Positions 51,471 through 64,000 of a DNA stretch of 64,000 bases are shown piece after piece. Numbering within the stretch: the stretch's first letter is position 1; every line of letters starts with the position of its first letter. The notes beneath the pieces are model-generated. The model was not told where the DNA came from and searched no databases. It was given only the letters and a program-made list of their open reading frames with translations. The DNA lies in contig JBHGNT010000005.1 in the NCBI GenBank assembly GCA_043228905.1, forward strand, positions 12,896,001-12,960,000. Reading direction: 5' to 3'. This DNA comes from Azolla caroliniana (Eukaryota; Plantae; Polypodiophyta). Both the position numbers and the translations under genes were made by a program.

Positions 51471-53498
51471 ATGACGAGACCAACGCACGACCTGGTTACA
51501 GACCGAGCTCGACGCCTCGCCGAACGGCAAAGACGGCGTGAGACTTTCCAGCAAGCAGCGCAGGAAATTCGCTCGGATCGTTCGTTCTCCAACGAGATCT
51601 GGAGAGTCGCGGAGGACTCTCTTCGGTTACGGCAAACTCGCGACCAGGACGACGGAAGCAGTCTAAGTAGTCTCCGGGAAACCGAACGCCTCCTCGAGGC
51701 ACTGGCAAGCGGAGAAAACGAGGCAGAAGCCTTTTCAGCCTACGAATCGGATTCCGAAGGGGGATACAGCGTGCACACGAACTACCGGAGCAGCAACGAT
51801 ACCCCCGGCGGCCCGGAGGACGACGGGTCGGAAACCGTGCCGACTCCAGAACCGGAACCGCAAACAGAAGCCGTCAACCCACCAACACCGGAAGTGGAAG
51901 AAGCAAAGCCACCGACACCAACGAAAGAGCCGGCAAAGGTACCGGAAGACGAGCCGGTGAAAGAACCGGAAAAAGAACGGGAAGAGGAACCGGAAAAAGC
52001 ACCGGCAAAACAACCGGAAGTGGAACCGGAGAGGAAACCGGAAAGATATCAACAAACGCCACTAAACCGCGGCCTAATATTGGACGACGACATGCCGTTC
52101 CAATACTCAAAGTATCGCGATGATCCGGACGCGGAAGCGCATGTTCATGCCTTCGAGCAGACATGGGAAGCAAATCACACGTCCCAGCGAATGACACCGG
52201 AGGAAGAAGAACGCTCGAAGATAGCGGAGTTCGGGGTCATGTTGGAAGGACCAGCGACACGATGGCGGCGGACGCAGGACCCGGCGACCATCACAACCTT
52301 TGCAGAATTAAAAGCAAAATTCTTGCATTTTTTCCACAAGGAGGTCAACCAGACGACAATGGTGGGCCTATTTTATACGATTCGACAGGAGGCAGGGGAA
52401 AGCATTCCCCAATTCGTCATCCGTTTCCAACGAATGCATAGCCAGCTTGCCCGTGCACCCCCGGAGGAGGAATTACGGACGATATTTTTAAACGCACTCC
52501 GGGAACCGTTACGCACGGTGTGTACGGTAATCGACTTTCGCGGAAGCACCATTGACCAGGTCATTGACCGGGTCAGAGAAATGGAAAAGTCAAGCTCATG
52601 GCTTACACTGGGAACACTGCAACGGGCGTTACCCACCGAGGAAGATCTTCGGTTCCGGCAGGCAATTCAATGCACAATCTGCTTGAATGCCGGACACTCG
52701 GCAGTGGAATGCACCATGCGAACCCAGTGTGTGATTTGTCAATCCAAGAGTCATACAACGGACCGGTGCAAGTATAACCTGTTAAACCGACAAGCACCAC
52801 CCGTCCGACGGATCGAGCCAAGAAGCAGCCGAGACGAAGATGACGATCGTTGGCAAAAAATGAACCGGTACCGACCGGCACAGGATGTCCGGTACGGAGA
52901 CAGACAAGAGAATGAGGGCCGGTACGGGAATCGACATGATAACTACGACCGGTATGAGCGATCGGACCGCTATCGGGAGCCCAACAGACGACACGAGCAA
53001 TACGACAGAGACCATTCCCCTGGTTACCGAAGGCACCAGGAGGACTACGGCCGATTTTACGATCCACCACGACCGGACTACCGAAATAAAAATAAGAATA
53101 ATAGGAAACGGAATTTCAAGAAAGGTGGTCACACTAGGGACCCGGAACATGGAACCCCAAGGAGCCAACCGGCACAGAACGCACCACTCACTACGGGACC
53201 GACTCCGGCTACCAGCAATGCTGAATCCAGCAATACCCGTAAAGAGTACTGCTACTACTGCAGGCAGGAAGGCCACTACAGTAACCAGTGCCCGATAAAG
53301 AGCTACGAGAAACGACCAACAGTTAATATGGTGGTTCCGGAAGTGGCGGATATACAGCAAGTAACCACACGGTCGAAAGGCATGGCCAAAGAGTGGGAAA
53401 CACAAGAGGCCATACGAAAACAGGCGACGGAATGGGTGAAGGAATCCAATGAAAGGAACGTCGCGGAAGCGGAACGGCAAAAGGCGGATCTACCATAG
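51471..53498 (+). CDS. Gag, 675 aa, with three CCHC knuckles
   Basis: TFAELKAKFLHFF...IRQEAGESIPQFVIRF (retrotransposon gag); CTICLNAGHSAVEC, CVICQSKSHTTDRC, CYYCRQEGHYSNQC. Confidence 0.88.
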   Translation: MTRPTHDLVTDRARRLAERQRRRETFQQAAQEIRSDRSFSNEIWRVAEDSLRLRQTRDQDDGSSLSSLRETERLLEALASGENEAEAFSAYESDSEGGYSVHTNYRSSNDTPGGPEDDGSETVPTPEPEPQTEAVNPPTPEVEEAKPPTPTKEPAKVPEDEPVKEPEKEREEEPEKAPAKQPEVEPERKPERYQQTPLNRGLILDDDMPFQYSKYRDDPDAEAHVHAFEQTWEANHTSQRMTPEEEERSKIAEFGVMLEGPATRWRRTQDPATITTFAELKAKFLHFFHKEVNQTTMVGLFYTIRQEAGESIPQFVIRFQRMHSQLARAPPEEELRTIFLNALREPLRTVCTVIDFRGSTIDQVIDRVREMEKSSSWLTLGTLQRALPTEEDLRFRQAIQCTICLNAGHSAVECTMRTQCVICQSKSHTTDRCKYNLLNRQAPPVRRIEPRSSRDEDDDRWQKMNRYRPAQDVRYGDRQENEGRYGNRHDNYDRYERSDRYREPNRRHEQYDRDHSPGYRRHQEDYGRFYDPPRPDYRNKNKNNRKRNFKKGGHTRDPEHGTPRSQPAQNAPLTTGPTPATSNAESSNTRKEYCYYCRQEGHYSNQCPIKSYEKRPTVNMVVPEVADIQQVTTRSKGMAKEWETQEAIRKQATEWVKESNERNVAEAERQKADLP

Positions 53499-56400
53499 GG
53501 AGTGCCGGCGGTAGCCACCCAGAAAACGAGACATGGCAAGCACTGCAAGAATGTCAGATCACGTTGCCATTAGGAAGACTCTTACAGCTCGTGTCGCGGT
53601 TTACGGAAGGACTAAAAACGGTCATAACAGACGGTATAGCCCCACCGGCACCAGTCCTCTTCTCGAACCCGGAGGAGGGACCGACGGTGGTGGACACTAG
53701 TAGTCCGGTGATTACAGCTATTGTCAAAGGGCACGAACTTCCTGGCACAGTAATCGATGAAGGTTCCGGGGTGAACTTAATAAGCCTCCGCACGTGTGAT
53801 GCTTTGGGTATACATGAATGGGAGCCATGTCCGTTCTGGCTACGGATGGCGGATACGAGCTCTGTACGGCCGACAGGCTTAATACGGAAATTGGAAGTCA
53901 CCATAGGAGGTCACACATTTCACATCTCGGCTGTAGTGCTGCAGCTACAGGCGCAAGGCGCGTACCCACTGTTGCTGGGCAGACCATGGTTGAAAACAGC
54001 ACACATCAAGCAAAATTGGCGGAAAAATATGATTACCTTCCGGCGCGGAAAAGCCAAGGTCCGGGTACCGACACAACCACGGACGAGCAACGGTAAGGAA
54101 TGCACACCGCTGTATGCGGAATGCGTGAACATGCTTGAAGGATTGGCAAACGACGAAGAAGCCCAGTACTTGGAGGAACACTCGAAGATCGTACCACTCT
54201 TCGAGATTGATGTAGCTGAAGCCGTAGCGCCATACTTGCCGCAGCGGGACGACACCGAAGCCGAACCAGACAAAGATGCGATTCGGGAATTACGGCAAGC
54301 ACAGGAAGCATTGGAACGGGAAATGGCCGTCTCCCAACGGATAAAAACATCCCAGCTCGACGAAGTGAACCTAGGAAGCAAGGACGAATCAAAGCCGGTA
54401 CACATCGCCAAAGAAATGAAGCCGGAAGATAAAGCGGCGATGATCAAACTTCTCACGGAGTTTCGCGACGTATTCGCCTGGTCCTACGAAGACATGCGAG
54501 GGCTGGACCCTCAATTATATCAGCATCAGATCCACTTAGGCAAGGACGCGAAACCAGTGACGCAAAGACGTTACCGAATGAACCCCAACTACGCCGCCAA
54601 AGTGAAGGAGGAAATCGACAAAATCCTAAGAGTGGGCTTCATCCGGCCGGTAAAGAAAGCGACGTGGCTGAGCCCCATCGTCGTCGTCCCAAAGAAGAAC
54701 GGTAAAATCCGCGTGTGTGTAGATTACAGGAAACTAAATGCAGCCACAATTACGGATGCATTCCCCCTTCCGTTCACGGATGGAGTACTGGATGCCGTCG
54801 CCGGCCATGAAGTTTATAGCTTTCTAGACGGGTTCAGTGGATACAATCAAATCCGGATGCACCCTGACGACCAGGAGAAGACAGCGTTCGTCACCGAATG
54901 GGGGGTGTTTGTGGCCGAAGTAATGATGTTCGGCCTAAAAACGGCACCAGCAACTTTCCAGCGAATCATCATGGAGATCTTCGGCGAATACATTCCTGCC
55001 TTCATGCAGGTTTTCCTGGATGATTTTGCAGTCTATAGCCGGGGAAAAGACCATTTGCAGCACCTACGGTTATGCCTTGAAAAGTGTAGGTTATACCGGC
55101 TAAGCTTAAACCCAGCAAAATGCATCTTTGGGGTTTCAAGTGGAATCTTACTGGGACACATTGTAAGTAAGGAGGGCATTGCTGTCGACCCGGACAAAGT
55201 AAATGCGATACTAGGGGCACCGGCGCCGAAAACGGCCAAAGCACTAAGCCGATTCTTAGGACAGATCCAGTGGCACAGCCGGATGCTCCGTCACTTGGCT
55301 GACTTGGCTACACCATTACACGCCGCGGTACATTGGACACCGTTCCAATGGACGGATACGGAGGATAAGGCATACAATGCCCTGAAGGTTCTTTTGTCGC
55401 AAGCACCCATCGTGCAGCCTCCGGATTGGAGCAAGGAATTTCATGTGTTCGTGGACGCTTCCGACATCGCTATCGGCAGCGCCTTAATGCAACTTACGGA
55501 GCCTAAATGGTACCGGCCGGTATATTACGCCAGTCGGAAGCTGTCCCAAGCGGAGAAGAACTATTCAACGACGGAACGGGAGGCCCTGGGCATGATCTAC
55601 AGTGTAACAAAGTTTCGTCATTACCTATTGGGAAGGAAGTTCTCCTTTCATGTGGATCACTCGGCGCTCCTGTACTTAGTGTCCAAAGCGTCCCTGACCG
55701 GTAAGTTGGCCCGTTGGACCTTGCTGTTGCAAGAGTTCGAATTCGAGATTTTCCACCGGCCCGGTATCCAGCATGCCGTAGCAGACTACCTGAGCCGGTT
55801 AGAGTCCGGAGAATCAGGCGACGGAGTATCGGATGAATTCCCGGACGCAGAGTTATTCCGTATCACCCCGGAAACGGCAGCGGACGACACGGTGGCATCA
55901 GAAGATAGGTGGCTGACAAACATGCACTAGTTCCTAAGCACGGGCCTGCCACCGGAGGAAATGAACCGGGACGAGAGGAAACGACTGGCGGTGCAGAGCC
56001 GCAATTTCTGTCTGTTACGGGACACTCTCTACCACAAAGGAGTAGATGGAATATGGAGACGGGCAGTCCGTAGTGACGAGAAACAAGTAATCTTACGGGA
56101 AGCACACTGTGGGGTTGCCGGAGGACACTATGCCGGGGAAGCGACGGCAAGGAAAGTATGGCAGAGCGGCTTATGGTGGCCCACAACGTTAAAAGACGTC
56201 GTCAAGTATGCTAAGGAATGTGACCTATGCCAACGAATGGGCCAGCCTACGGAGCAAGCCCGGATGCCACACCAACCGGTACTTCCACTAGAGCCATTCC
56301 AGAAGTGGGGGTTGGATTTTGTCGGACCGTTCAAGCCACCGGCAATGAGAACGGGTAATCGTTATGTCATCGTGGCAACGGATTATTGCACTAAATGGGT

Positions 56401-57319
56401 GGAGGCTAAGGCCTTGAGAGACAATACCGCGTCATCCACAGCAAAATTCCTGTACGAGAACATTTGGTGCCGATATGGATGTCCGATTGAATTAATCAGC
56501 GACCAAGGAGGGCACTTCCTCGGCCAGGTAGTGGAAAGCTTAACAACGTTCTATGCCGTGGTCCATAAACGGAGCACACCGTACTACCCACAAGCGAACG
56601 GGTTAGCAGAGTCCACCAACAAAACGCTGCAGAACATTCTCCGCAAAATCGTCAATGAAAACCGGACGGACTGGGATACAAAGCTCCATAGCGCGCTATG
56701 GGCGTACCGAACGGCATACAAAACAAGTATCCGGACAACGCCGTTCCGGCTAGCGTTCGGCTTAGAGGCGGTCATGCCGGTGGAATTTCAGGTACCAAGC
56801 TTACGGATCCAACTACGGGAGCGGCTGAATGAAAAGGAGTCAGAGGAAATGCGGCTAGCAGCACTATGCGAACTGGAGGAGCAACGGCTGGCTAGCATCC
56901 TACACATGGAACTGGAGCAACGACGACGGAAAGCGTTCGTTGACCGTCACCGGAAAGGTAATGAAAAGATGTTCGAAATCGGGAAGCCGGTGCTAGTATT
57001 CCAAACAAGGATGGGCAAGATGCCGGGTAAACTCCGGTTCAGATGGACATGCCCGTATTGGCTGACACGGGATTACAACGGGTCCTATCAGTTAGGGACG
57101 CTTGCCGGTGAAGTACTAGGCAAGTGGGTCAACGGATTTAGATTAAAGCCCTATAAAGGACCGATGCCAAAGAACCCGTTTATGCAGACCACCGGCACTA
57201 TACCGGGAACGGTACGGATGGAAGAAAAAGACGACGGGGAACCCGTAGCAGAGGCGAAGGAAGACACGGCAACCCGTAAGGAAAACGGTAAGGGTCCGAA
57301 GGGACCTACGGATGTGTAA
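53453..57319 (+). pseudogene. pol (PR-RT-RH-IN) in the -1 frame relative to gag, with one in-frame TAG at 55928
   Basis: VIDEGSGVNLI, RVCVDYRKLN, VFLDDF, VDASD, HHCC zinc finger, [25 protein letters not shown]. Confidence 0.93.
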
Positions 57320-57341
57320 GATCACATACCGTCATTAATAG

Positions 57342-57374
<33 letters not shown>

Positions 57375-57698
57375 TAAAAATCAAGGTATGAACGGGCGTG
57401 AAAGCAAGGAACGAAAAGGTACGTAGTGGGCATTTAAGAGCCGCCACGTTACTTAATACTAAATCGGTACACAACGTGCGCATGCTCGAAAAAAGGCGCC
57501 AAGACGCACAGAGAAAAAGAAGAGCGCATGGAGACCTTCTTTTTTCGCGAGCCAAGAAGCACAGAAGCACCAAGGCAGTGGAAGCTTAGCAAACGCGAAC
57601 CTGCACTCAGAGAACCCCCGCGTTCAGAACGCTCTCTCTCTCGCTCTCACTCTCTTCACCACTCTTCCTCGCCATCTTTCCTCGACCTCGAAGCAGAC

Positions 57699-60311
57699 AT
57701 GGAACCACAAACGCTGTCGGAAGCGGCCAGGAAATGGTTCAGGCAACACGGACTGGATGGGTTCTTGACCATCATGGAGGCACCACCGCACAGAGAAGCC
57801 GACCGGGTCATCAAGGAGCTCGCCATAGAGGTCATCACCGAGGAAGCGATCCGTGCGCTAACAGGCCTTCCGGAGGGAGGTATCTTTCAGATCGATAACC
57901 CAACCTCGGAGCAACTCATCCGATATTTCGGAGAGTACTCTGTTGCCGGAAAAGGCTATCGAACGCAGGGCGGCGAAGATCCGCTATTCAGGGAGATAGC
58001 TCGAGTGCTCCATGAGTACGGCCACGTGTACCCCCGACCCCCTGTCATGCCAAAAAATCGGGCAGGGATGATCATAGCCACCTATGAAGGGATCAAGGTG
58101 GACTGGCCGGTGTTGATTGCAGACGGTTTGTGCACGGCAATCGACATGGTACGAGGAAAGGACGGCAAGGAGGGCCGGAAGCTATGGCATGCCGTAGCTC
58201 AGTGGATAACATTGCTCGTGCCGCCGATCGAGACCGTTCAGCCAAAGAAGCGGCCAAGATTATCGGAAGGAAGCACCTCGAAGCCGGCGTCCAAACGACA
58301 GCAGCTGCTGGCGTCGAAGGCGACGAAAGGGAAGAAACGGGTCCCAGAACCGGAGGAGGTGTCACCGGTCCGACCCGTTAAGATAACCATACGGCGACCG
58401 GGACAGAAGGAACCGGAACCCTTGACGGCACAGAAACATGCCGTTACCCAGGAAGAGGAAACGGAGGAGGCAGAAGAGCACCTCCAACGACGGTCAAGAA
58501 GTAGGACCGCAGGGACAGCGGGGGAGCGTTCGTACCCGCAAGAGGAAGAAACGACGCCCCCAACTCAACCTGAGCAAACCGCAAGGGAGGAACCGGAATC
58601 GGTGCGTATGGAACCGGCCTTGTCAACTTCTATAGAAGAAGTCATTCCAACGGCTCCGGAGACGGCGAGAACCGGAACTCAACAGCCGGCGAGCCCAGCC
58701 AGCACACACGACGGCCAAGGAGTAGGACCAGTACAGCAGCAAGGCACCAGTAGCATGTGGCTACGGTGGGTAGGCGAGCAGATCGCCGGAGCGGTCGAGT
58801 ACATAGAGGCGGAGGAGAGAGCGCACAACGAACGGTTGCTCGTCACAACCGTAGATCTAGAGACGGCCCGGTCCAGAATCCGGAGCCTTGAACAAGACTT
58901 GGACATGGTCACAAGGGAAATGGCTCAATTCGCTTTGACAACACAAGTCCAAGCACCGGTGACTCCGGGCAATGTACAGAATAAAGCGTCCGATCAACCT
59001 GTACATAGCAATCAGACCCCGGCAACGGAAGCCGTTCCGGAGAGAAATGCGGCACAAGCCCAAGAGCTTGCGGACTTAAAGGATGAGCTAGCTGCCCAAG
59101 AAGCGCTGAGGAGCCGCGAAAGAGAGTTGAAGACGGCAGCGGAGGCAGAACTCAAAAAGACTGCTGAGAATCTACGCCGGGCCGAGGAGAGCTTACGGAA
59201 GGGCCACCAAGCGTACGACCGGCTCAAGGAAGAAAAGGAGAAAATGCTGCAAGAGAAGGACAGGCTCCGGAGGAACGCCGAAACAGAAGTAGAGCGCCTG
59301 AAAGAGGAACTCCGGCAGGTAAAGGACCGGGAGGACCGGAACCATCGCCAGATCAACGGCAAGCTCAAACAAAAAACGGAGGAATTTGAGCAATTGCACC
59401 GGGAGTATAAACGGTTGCAAACGGAGCACAAGGAACGGACGGATGAGCTCCGGCAAGCAGTTGATCGGACCGCAACCGCATTCGCCAAGGAACAAGCGGA
59501 AACCAGAAGACGGTTGGAAGAGGCGGAGAAGGTTCGGACAGAGCTCCTCAGGCAACAGCAGGCGGAAAAAGAAAGAGCGGCGGAGGTACTGCAGAGGCTG
59601 CAAACAACATATCAAGGGCAGCTGACGTGCTACAGAGAGCAGGCGGAGGATACGACTAATCTCATCAAGCAGTTGAAGGAGGAGCGACAAGTGGTGGAAA
59701 GTAGAGCGCAAATGGGAGCAAGTCGCATCCAGGACATCATGCGGGCCTGGTTGAACCAGACCAAGAGCTTGATTGACAACGGTTCCATCAAATGGTGGAC
59801 CAAGTGGGCCACGAACGCGGCGGAACTCCAATTGCTCCGGGCCGACGTAGAGAACCGGCGGAAGGAGGGAGATGATTGCTATATGCTGACTTCCGAAGAC
59901 TTCACCGGCATAAGAGATGAGCTGGCCGAAGACTTTCAAGCCTTGGCAGACGACCAACTAGGGCAAGTCCGGCAACTTGTAGCTCAGCTGGACGACGACA
60001 GGCTGGAGGCGCAGATCCAGTTTGAAAGCTAGGAGAGGTCCCGGATCCGGGGAGAGAAAGAACGAGAACCGGTTACGGTCAACCTCAGTGATGAGGAACC
60101 GTTACTGGAAGGAGACCGGACCGGAAGCAGACAAACGGAGCAGCCGGAGTCAGAGAAACAAACGGAGCAGCCGCCTATAGAGCAGCCGGAACAGCCTCAG
60201 TCCCAACCGCAACCACAGCAGCAGCAGCAAGCACAGCCGCAACAACCACAACAAGAAGAACAAGTGGAAATTCTGGAACAAAGTATTTTGGACAATTTGG
60301 GTGAACAATGA
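57699..60311 (+). CDS. Third ORF of unknown function (about 870 codons if the TAG at 60030 is a recent mutation): globular N-domain, basic patch, long coiled coil, Q/P-rich tail
   Basis: Open frame 57528-60032 continues in frame past TAG to TGA at 60309. The ATG at 57699 aligns with the ATG at 4590 of Gypsy A. Confidence 0.8.
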
Positions 60312-60323
60312 AGGGGCCGAGAA

Positions 60324-60363
60324 GGGTTCGACGTACAAGGTACTGTCCCACGGGCGTGCCATG
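60324..60363 (+). promoter_or_regulatory. Conserved structured cis-element at the PPT position (homolog at 7188-7228)
   Basis: GGGTTCGACGTACAAGGTACTGTCCCACGGGCGTGCCATG vs GGGTCCGACGTGCCATGGCACTGTCCCACATGCGTGCCAGG; both abut the 3' LTR. Confidence 0.6.
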
Positions 60364-60895
60364 TGTTACCGGCCGGCAAGGAGTCCAAAATACGGAGTGA
60401 AGGAATTAATTAAATATGGTTGTAAATGAGCATAGTGTGGACGGACGGACTGGAAACGGTATGTCGTTCCAGATCCGGACGGATCCCGAATAGGTGCGAT
60501 AGGCACCGTTTTGTACTACGGGCCGGAAACCTATTTAAAGGTCCGGACCCCATTGTAATCGGAGCGGATAATTAATAGAGCATATGGTGTTATACTTCTG
60601 TGTTGATTTCCGTTCTGTACTTATTGTGATATCTTACGCGTGTAATTAACCAAAGCAATCTAATCGTGTAACCTACGTAAGTCGGTGTAATCGTTGAATC
60701 TTAATCCTATGCCGTAATCACCCTTTGGTGAAGTGTCTCCGTGACACCTTGTGTTAGGCCTTGTCCGGCCAGCGAATAACAACCTCTCTTTTCATACATA
60801 CCCCCGGTTTCCTCTCTCATTGTTGCTTCAACATAATCGCTACTAGCGTTTTTTCTGCTCATCGAGTTTCTGGATTCAACAAAACTTAAAAATCA

Positions 60896-61639
<744 letters not shown>

Positions 61640-61768
61640 GATAAAAACCTCGACTTTATTTTCTTCTTCTCCTACTCCTTACTGATTATCAACCAACAGA
61701 TTGAGAATCGAATCATTCAATGATTGAAAGTAAGAAGCTTCCTTACCCTTTGTTACCACAAAAATAAG

Positions 61769-61799
61769 GAATTCACAGGTTCAACTCCTGTTGGATGCA
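61769..61799 (+). pseudogene. trnI: NUPT fragment, 3' half of tRNA-Ile(CAU)
   Basis: GAATTCACAGGTTCAACTCCTGTTGGATGCA, upstream of rpl23 as in plastomes. Confidence 0.75.
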
Positions 61800-61959
61800 A
61801 ACAGAAAAAAAGAAAGTAAGAATAGTAGATATATAAATATTCTCGAATAGAATAATTAGAAAAATTTAATGTGTATTTTTAACCTTTTCAATTTTGTAGA
61901 CTATAGAAGAACTATTAAAGGAGAGAAAAAGAGAATAAATGAATGGCAAGGGAGATACT

Positions 61960-62244
61960 ACGGATAAATTGAAAAATCAAGTACTTACTAGGAAATCTAT
62001 TCATTTGTTATAGAACAACCAATACACTTTTGATGTAGATCCAGAAATAACAAAGGTTGAGATGAAGAAGTGGGTTGAACTTTTCTTCAACGTTGAAGTG
62101 AGAGGCATTAATAGTCTTTGATTACTTGGCACAAAGAAGAAACAAAAAAAGACAAATAGGATGGAATTTCCAAGTTACACGCGTCAAAAATGAATGATTG
62201 TTACACTCCAAGATAAATATTCTATCCCATTATTTTTCAACTAA
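61960..62244 (+). pseudogene. rpl23: NUPT fragment, ribosomal protein L23 with ACG start
   Basis: (M)[25 protein letters not shown]...[10 protein letters not shown]...MIVTLQ..YSIPLF. Confidence 0.88.
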
Positions 62245-62285
62245 AAAAATGTTGTTGCTAACGATAAAAAAGAGGAAGAATAAGT

Positions 62286-62393
62286 ATGGCTATATGATTT
62301 TTTAAGGCACATATACCGGCACGCGTAATCAAGTTGTTTCATGTTTCATCGAAATAACAATGTTAGAACCCGAAAAGATGTTGACTTGCCGTA
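62286..62393 (+). pseudogene. rpl2: NUPT fragment, rpl2 5' end
   Basis: MAI*FFKAH..GTRN directly after rpl23. Confidence 0.75.
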
Positions 62394-62394
62394 A

Positions 62395-62570
62395 TGTATC
62401 TAGAAATGAGTGCCATCATGACTGGAAAGCCAGTCCCAAAACCGAATACTGTTCCAGAATCTTTTCGATTGCTAGTCTGAGAATTACGATGCATGGGCCT
62501 GAATTTGAAACACGAGTTTGTGTTTGAAGAAGATTCAGGTAGGGGAAGCAAGATATTTGATACTCCATAG
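62395..62570 (+). pseudogene. rpoB: NUPT fragment, rpoB 3' end
   Basis: GKPVPKPNTVPESFRLLV*ELRCMGL. Confidence 0.88.
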
Positions 62571-62605
62571 AAGTAAAAAAAACACCAATTGAAACTTTTT
62601 ATCTT

Positions 62606-62840
62606 ACGATTCATGACACTAATTATCAAAAACTTTGTATTGGACTAGCTTCCCCCAAACAGATTCGTAGTTGGGCCGAAAGAAGGTTACCTAATGGAGA
62701 GACTGTTGGTCAAGTTGCTTAACCTTATACATTGCATCATAAGACCCATAAGCCAGAGCGAGATGGTTTATTCTGTGACAGAATTTTTGGGCCAATAAAA
62801 AGTGGAGTTTGTGCCTACGGTAACTTATCGAGGAATCCTT
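62606..62840 (+). pseudogene. rpoC1: NUPT fragment, rpoC1 exon 1 5' part with ACG start
   Basis: [57 protein letters not shown]. Confidence 0.9.
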
Positions 62841-63299
62841 GATCATGTTTTTTTAATCCACCAGTAACTCCTTTTTCTATTTTTATTTTTTCCCTTATTC
62901 CTACCTATCTGTGATAGAATCTACACTCCCACAAGATGGATAGAATATAAATAAGTTGATAGAAACTATTACTACATAGTAGAGAATTTTTATGAGTTTT
63001 TTCGTTCCTAACAGGCATTTTTTCTATATCTTGGGTTAATTTCTTTGGTTGATTTGATATGTCAAAAGCTTCTGAAGGAATGAAACAATCTTTTTTACAA
63101 AAATATAACAACCAAAAAGATATATTTTGTTATTGAAGTGACTACGTTGGCAATCGACAAAATTTATCATACTTTGTTAGACCTACCCCTAAAAAAGAGA
63201 ACTTTTTAAATTTAAATAGGTTGATATAAAAATTGAATTTACATGCATATATAAATATTTAGAAAAAAATCTCTCTATACATTTCCTTGTTTTACTCGT

Positions 63300-64000
<701 letters not shown>

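Larger units (their letters stand above)
51000..60781 (+). mobile_element. Gypsy F: young full-length non-chromovirus Ty3/gypsy element with three ORFs
   Basis: 418-bp LTRs at 51000-51417 and 60364-60781 (2 C/T differences seen); TSD ACCTC; PBS TGGCGACCAC at 51424 (tRNA-Arg-like); no chromodomain. Confidence 0.97.

Noticed and set aside
52782-59957. Long antisense ORFs in Gypsy F (e.g. 52782-53480, 59193-59957)
   Set aside because: Shadows of GC-rich, biased sense-strand coding, with no recognisable motifs.
57699-60032. Envelope gene (endogenous retrovirus)
   Set aside because: No signal peptide or transmembrane segment is visible; the protein is hydrophilic and coiled-coil.

Overview
Eukaryotic nuclear DNA, most likely from a fern or another spore-bearing vascular plant. 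This is inferred from plastid-derived inserts that carry chlN, ACG starts and many unedited C-to-U sites. Contents in order: (1) the 3' end of a Ty3/gypsy chromovirus (1-609), whose LTR holds a heat-shock-element array and an antisense tRNA-like A/B box; (2) a decayed non-chromovirus Gypsy (A, 610-7695); (3) a nest of three Ty1/copia elements (B 11146-28699, containing C 11343-17019, D 20582-26027 and a 1152-bp tandem duplication); (4) one intact host gene, a 9-coding-exon plastid fibrillin/PAP (29469-33986, minus); (5) a truncated LTR+PBS fragment; (6) a scrambled nuclear plastid DNA mosaic (about 36910-64000) interrupted by a young Copia (E, 43226-48723) and a young full-length Gypsy (F, 51000-60781). 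The best candidate for an undescribed system is the Gypsy A/F family. Both copies carry a large third ORF (globular domain, basic NLS-like patch, long coiled coil, no obvious TM helix) behind an A-tract. Both also lack a polypurine tract at the 3' LTR and have a conserved 40-nt covarying hairpin there instead. All coordinates, counts and alignments were done by eye; no database searches were run.
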